A stretch of DNA of 64,000 bases, taken from Stylophora pistillata. Its lineage: Eukaryota. Below, in pieces: positions 61,776-64,000 of the stretch. Made by a program: the position numbers and the translations under genes. How positions within the stretch are numbered: the stretch's first letter is position 1; every line of letters starts with the position of its first letter. The stretch lies in the NCBI RefSeq assembly GCF_002571385.2, contig NW_019218308.1, positions 69,620 to 133,619 on the forward strand. Direction: 5' to 3'. The notes under the pieces were generated by a model. That model was given only the letters and a program-made list of their open reading frames with translations. It made no database searches and had not been told where the DNA came from.

Positions 61776-64000
61776 TTACGGCAAGCATTTGTATTTACGA
61801 TCAATTGGAGGTTCATCTTCGTGCTCCACTGGAGTTGGGTACTTAAGATTACTAGCTACACACTCTGAATGCCGCACTTGCTTCTTTGGACTCTCCCTTT
61901 TAGTTTGTCGCATCCTGATGGATCGCTCTCCGCACTTTAATGCTTTTTCCATCAGCTCCAAGACTCGCTCTTTATAAACTGGATCAAGATCTTTTCCCGG
62001 TAAAGGGTTGGCGATCATAAACACGTTTCTCATGTCACTACCAGTGACTTTAATAGCTGCTTCTTTCAATCGCTTCCTTTCCTCATCGGCGTTTGGATTC
62101 CTCTGGACTTCGTCGTCGAACGTTAAGACAGTTAAAATGGTGATTACTACAACAGAATGAAGAGAGATTTCAGATAATGCACATTAATGTCATTGATGTT
62201 AAAAGTGAATACCTATCCTGGTATAAGAGTCAGCTTAATATCCAGGCTGTTTTCTTCGAACCAGCCGGCCAAAAGGTCATTAATGACTCCGTAAGCCGGT
62301 CAGCCCGTCAAATTGGAAAGGTGTCAAGTAGTCAAGCAGGCATGCAGTCAGGCATTCCGTCCACCTGCCCGTAATTTGAATTATTCCCGTCAGTGAAAGC
62401 TTTTTTAGAAATAAGATATGATATCAACATTTAAAAGCGTCAGTTCCATACGGATTAAATATTTAGAATTTAATTATTTTTGACAGACTCTTTTGAGCGC
62501 TAACAAATGAGAAGACGTACGTCGTATACTACCTCTCTGTAAATGTCCTACTTACTGGTCTCCCGCAGTTGATCTTGAACATACTTGATGATCTCTCTGT
62601 ATTGACCCAATCCAAATCTGATGTCAATGGCTTTTATAACCCAAAGAACGACGTGCATTTGGTCGGTTATCGGAGGTTTTTCAAGCTTGTGGGCACCCTG
62701 GCCAGCGGCTTTTGCTTTTCGAGCGCTTTCCTCATCTCGTTTCAGGTCATCTCCTGGTCGCTCAATTCCATTTAGGATACGAAATAGTTCGCCTATATTT
62801 GTATCATATGTTTGCAATAAGTATGTAAAGGAGGGTACATCGTCGAGTACTTTTAAACATTCACCTTTCTATGATTATTTTTAACCCTGAACAGGAAATA
62901 ATGATTCAAAACCTTGACTGATTCATTCCAAAATTTATGAAGAATTCATTCCAAAATTTCTGAAAAGTTGCGGGAGGAAAGTTGTGAAAGATCTCTAAAA
63001 AGCGGTATGTATAAAAACCCTTTTGCAAGGTCAATTGAATATTAAAACCTCAAAGGAGTCAGAATATCTCAGAAAAGATTTAAAATGGACAGCAATTGTA
63101 AAAGAATCACCTTATAACATAAATCAAGTAAAGCGTGCGCTCTGTTTGGTCAATTCAGTGTCTACTATTTGCTTAAGGGTGTGCGCTGTTGACGTGAGCA
63201 AATGTTTCCAAGTAAGCAAACTTTGGCAAGAAATGCTTTTTATGTTATAAAACAAATGGTAAATACCACAGCCCACAATATACAGTAGTGGATGCACGCT
63301 GGAAGTTCTATTCAAGAAGCTGGAGTCGCTTGAAGCCTCGTGCTTAGCAACCTCCCGCGTGCACCCATAACTCAATAGTGTACGCTGTGATGTTCACCAT
63401 TTGTTAATTCTTTAACAAGCTGCCTGCAGGCATAAGGTGTGACCATTTACCTTGAAAATGGTCTCAACAAAACAATAATTTGTCTGAGACTGGTGGCAAC
63501 TGATTTAAATTTGTTCTGGAGCTTAAAAGCTATGTTTTCGTGCTGATCTAGCAACAAATAGGGAGCATTTTACACGTGAGATTTCTCACAACCACGTTGA
63601 ATCGTTTAACCTGCAATTCGGTAGTCATTATCAGGAGACTCGATTGCTCGCCGCCGACCTAGATCCGCACTCGAGTGGAGCCAACTTAAAAACTTTCTTA
63701 CTCAAGCTTTTATTTCCTCCGCAACCGAATTTACCTCGCTTCCTCCTCGTTTAGCTCACGCAAACATGTCTGTCACGCACTCCCAGTTATCTCAAATAAT
63801 GATTTCCACGCGAAAAAAAAGACATCGTGAAAACACCAACAGAACGCATGAAAACAGGGATGTGTAAATATACCAAACCTTTCCAATATCTAATACATCG
63901 AAATTCAGGATTAAAAAGGACCTACCCTCTTCTTTGAAATCCATCTCGAAAAATCCCCGTGTGTCGAAAAGCGTGATTTGTTTACCGGGAAGAACAAAGC
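61776..64000 (-). CDS. IFI44-like P-loop GTPase, copy B (5' end outside the window)
   Basis: Exons >64000-63926 (..LFDTRGFF..), 62792-62556, 62146-61776. Same intron positions and the same 237-bp exon 2 as copy A. Confidence 0.75.
63252..63405. mobile_element. Palindromic MITE in intron 1 of IFI44-like B
   Basis: Same family as 41657-41847. Confidence 0.7.

Overview
AT-rich animal genomic DNA with GT-AG introns and one N-gap (9191-9495). The repeat types and the GT4 domain suggest an anthozoan, probably a stony coral; this is inference. The window is a tandem cluster of a multi-exon gene family I cannot name: 8 apparently intact paralogs, one scrambled fragment and one pseudogene. Each intact gene encodes an N-terminal ~190-aa alpha/beta domain (LFNCD...[30 protein letters not shown]...KVLIVIGGD...[29 protein letters not shown]) with a TIR/flavodoxin-like beta-alpha pattern. 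This is followed by a variable linker, a ~65-aa unrecognised domain (GTVLL.T.[LM]RYG.IS...W.PSE...W...V.F...GG..Y.V) and a highly variable Cys-rich or hydrophobic tail. Interleaved are two IFI44-like P-loop GTPase genes and a decayed GT4 glycosyltransferase that appears to replace the N-terminal domain in one paralog. First introns repeatedly carry IRF/ISRE-like and ETS motifs, and the 5' and 3' gene halves are shuffled at intron 2. The best reading is a rapidly diversifying, possibly inducible innate-immune locus. Exon phases were checked by hand and are consistent for all intact models. Fold and function assignments are inference.
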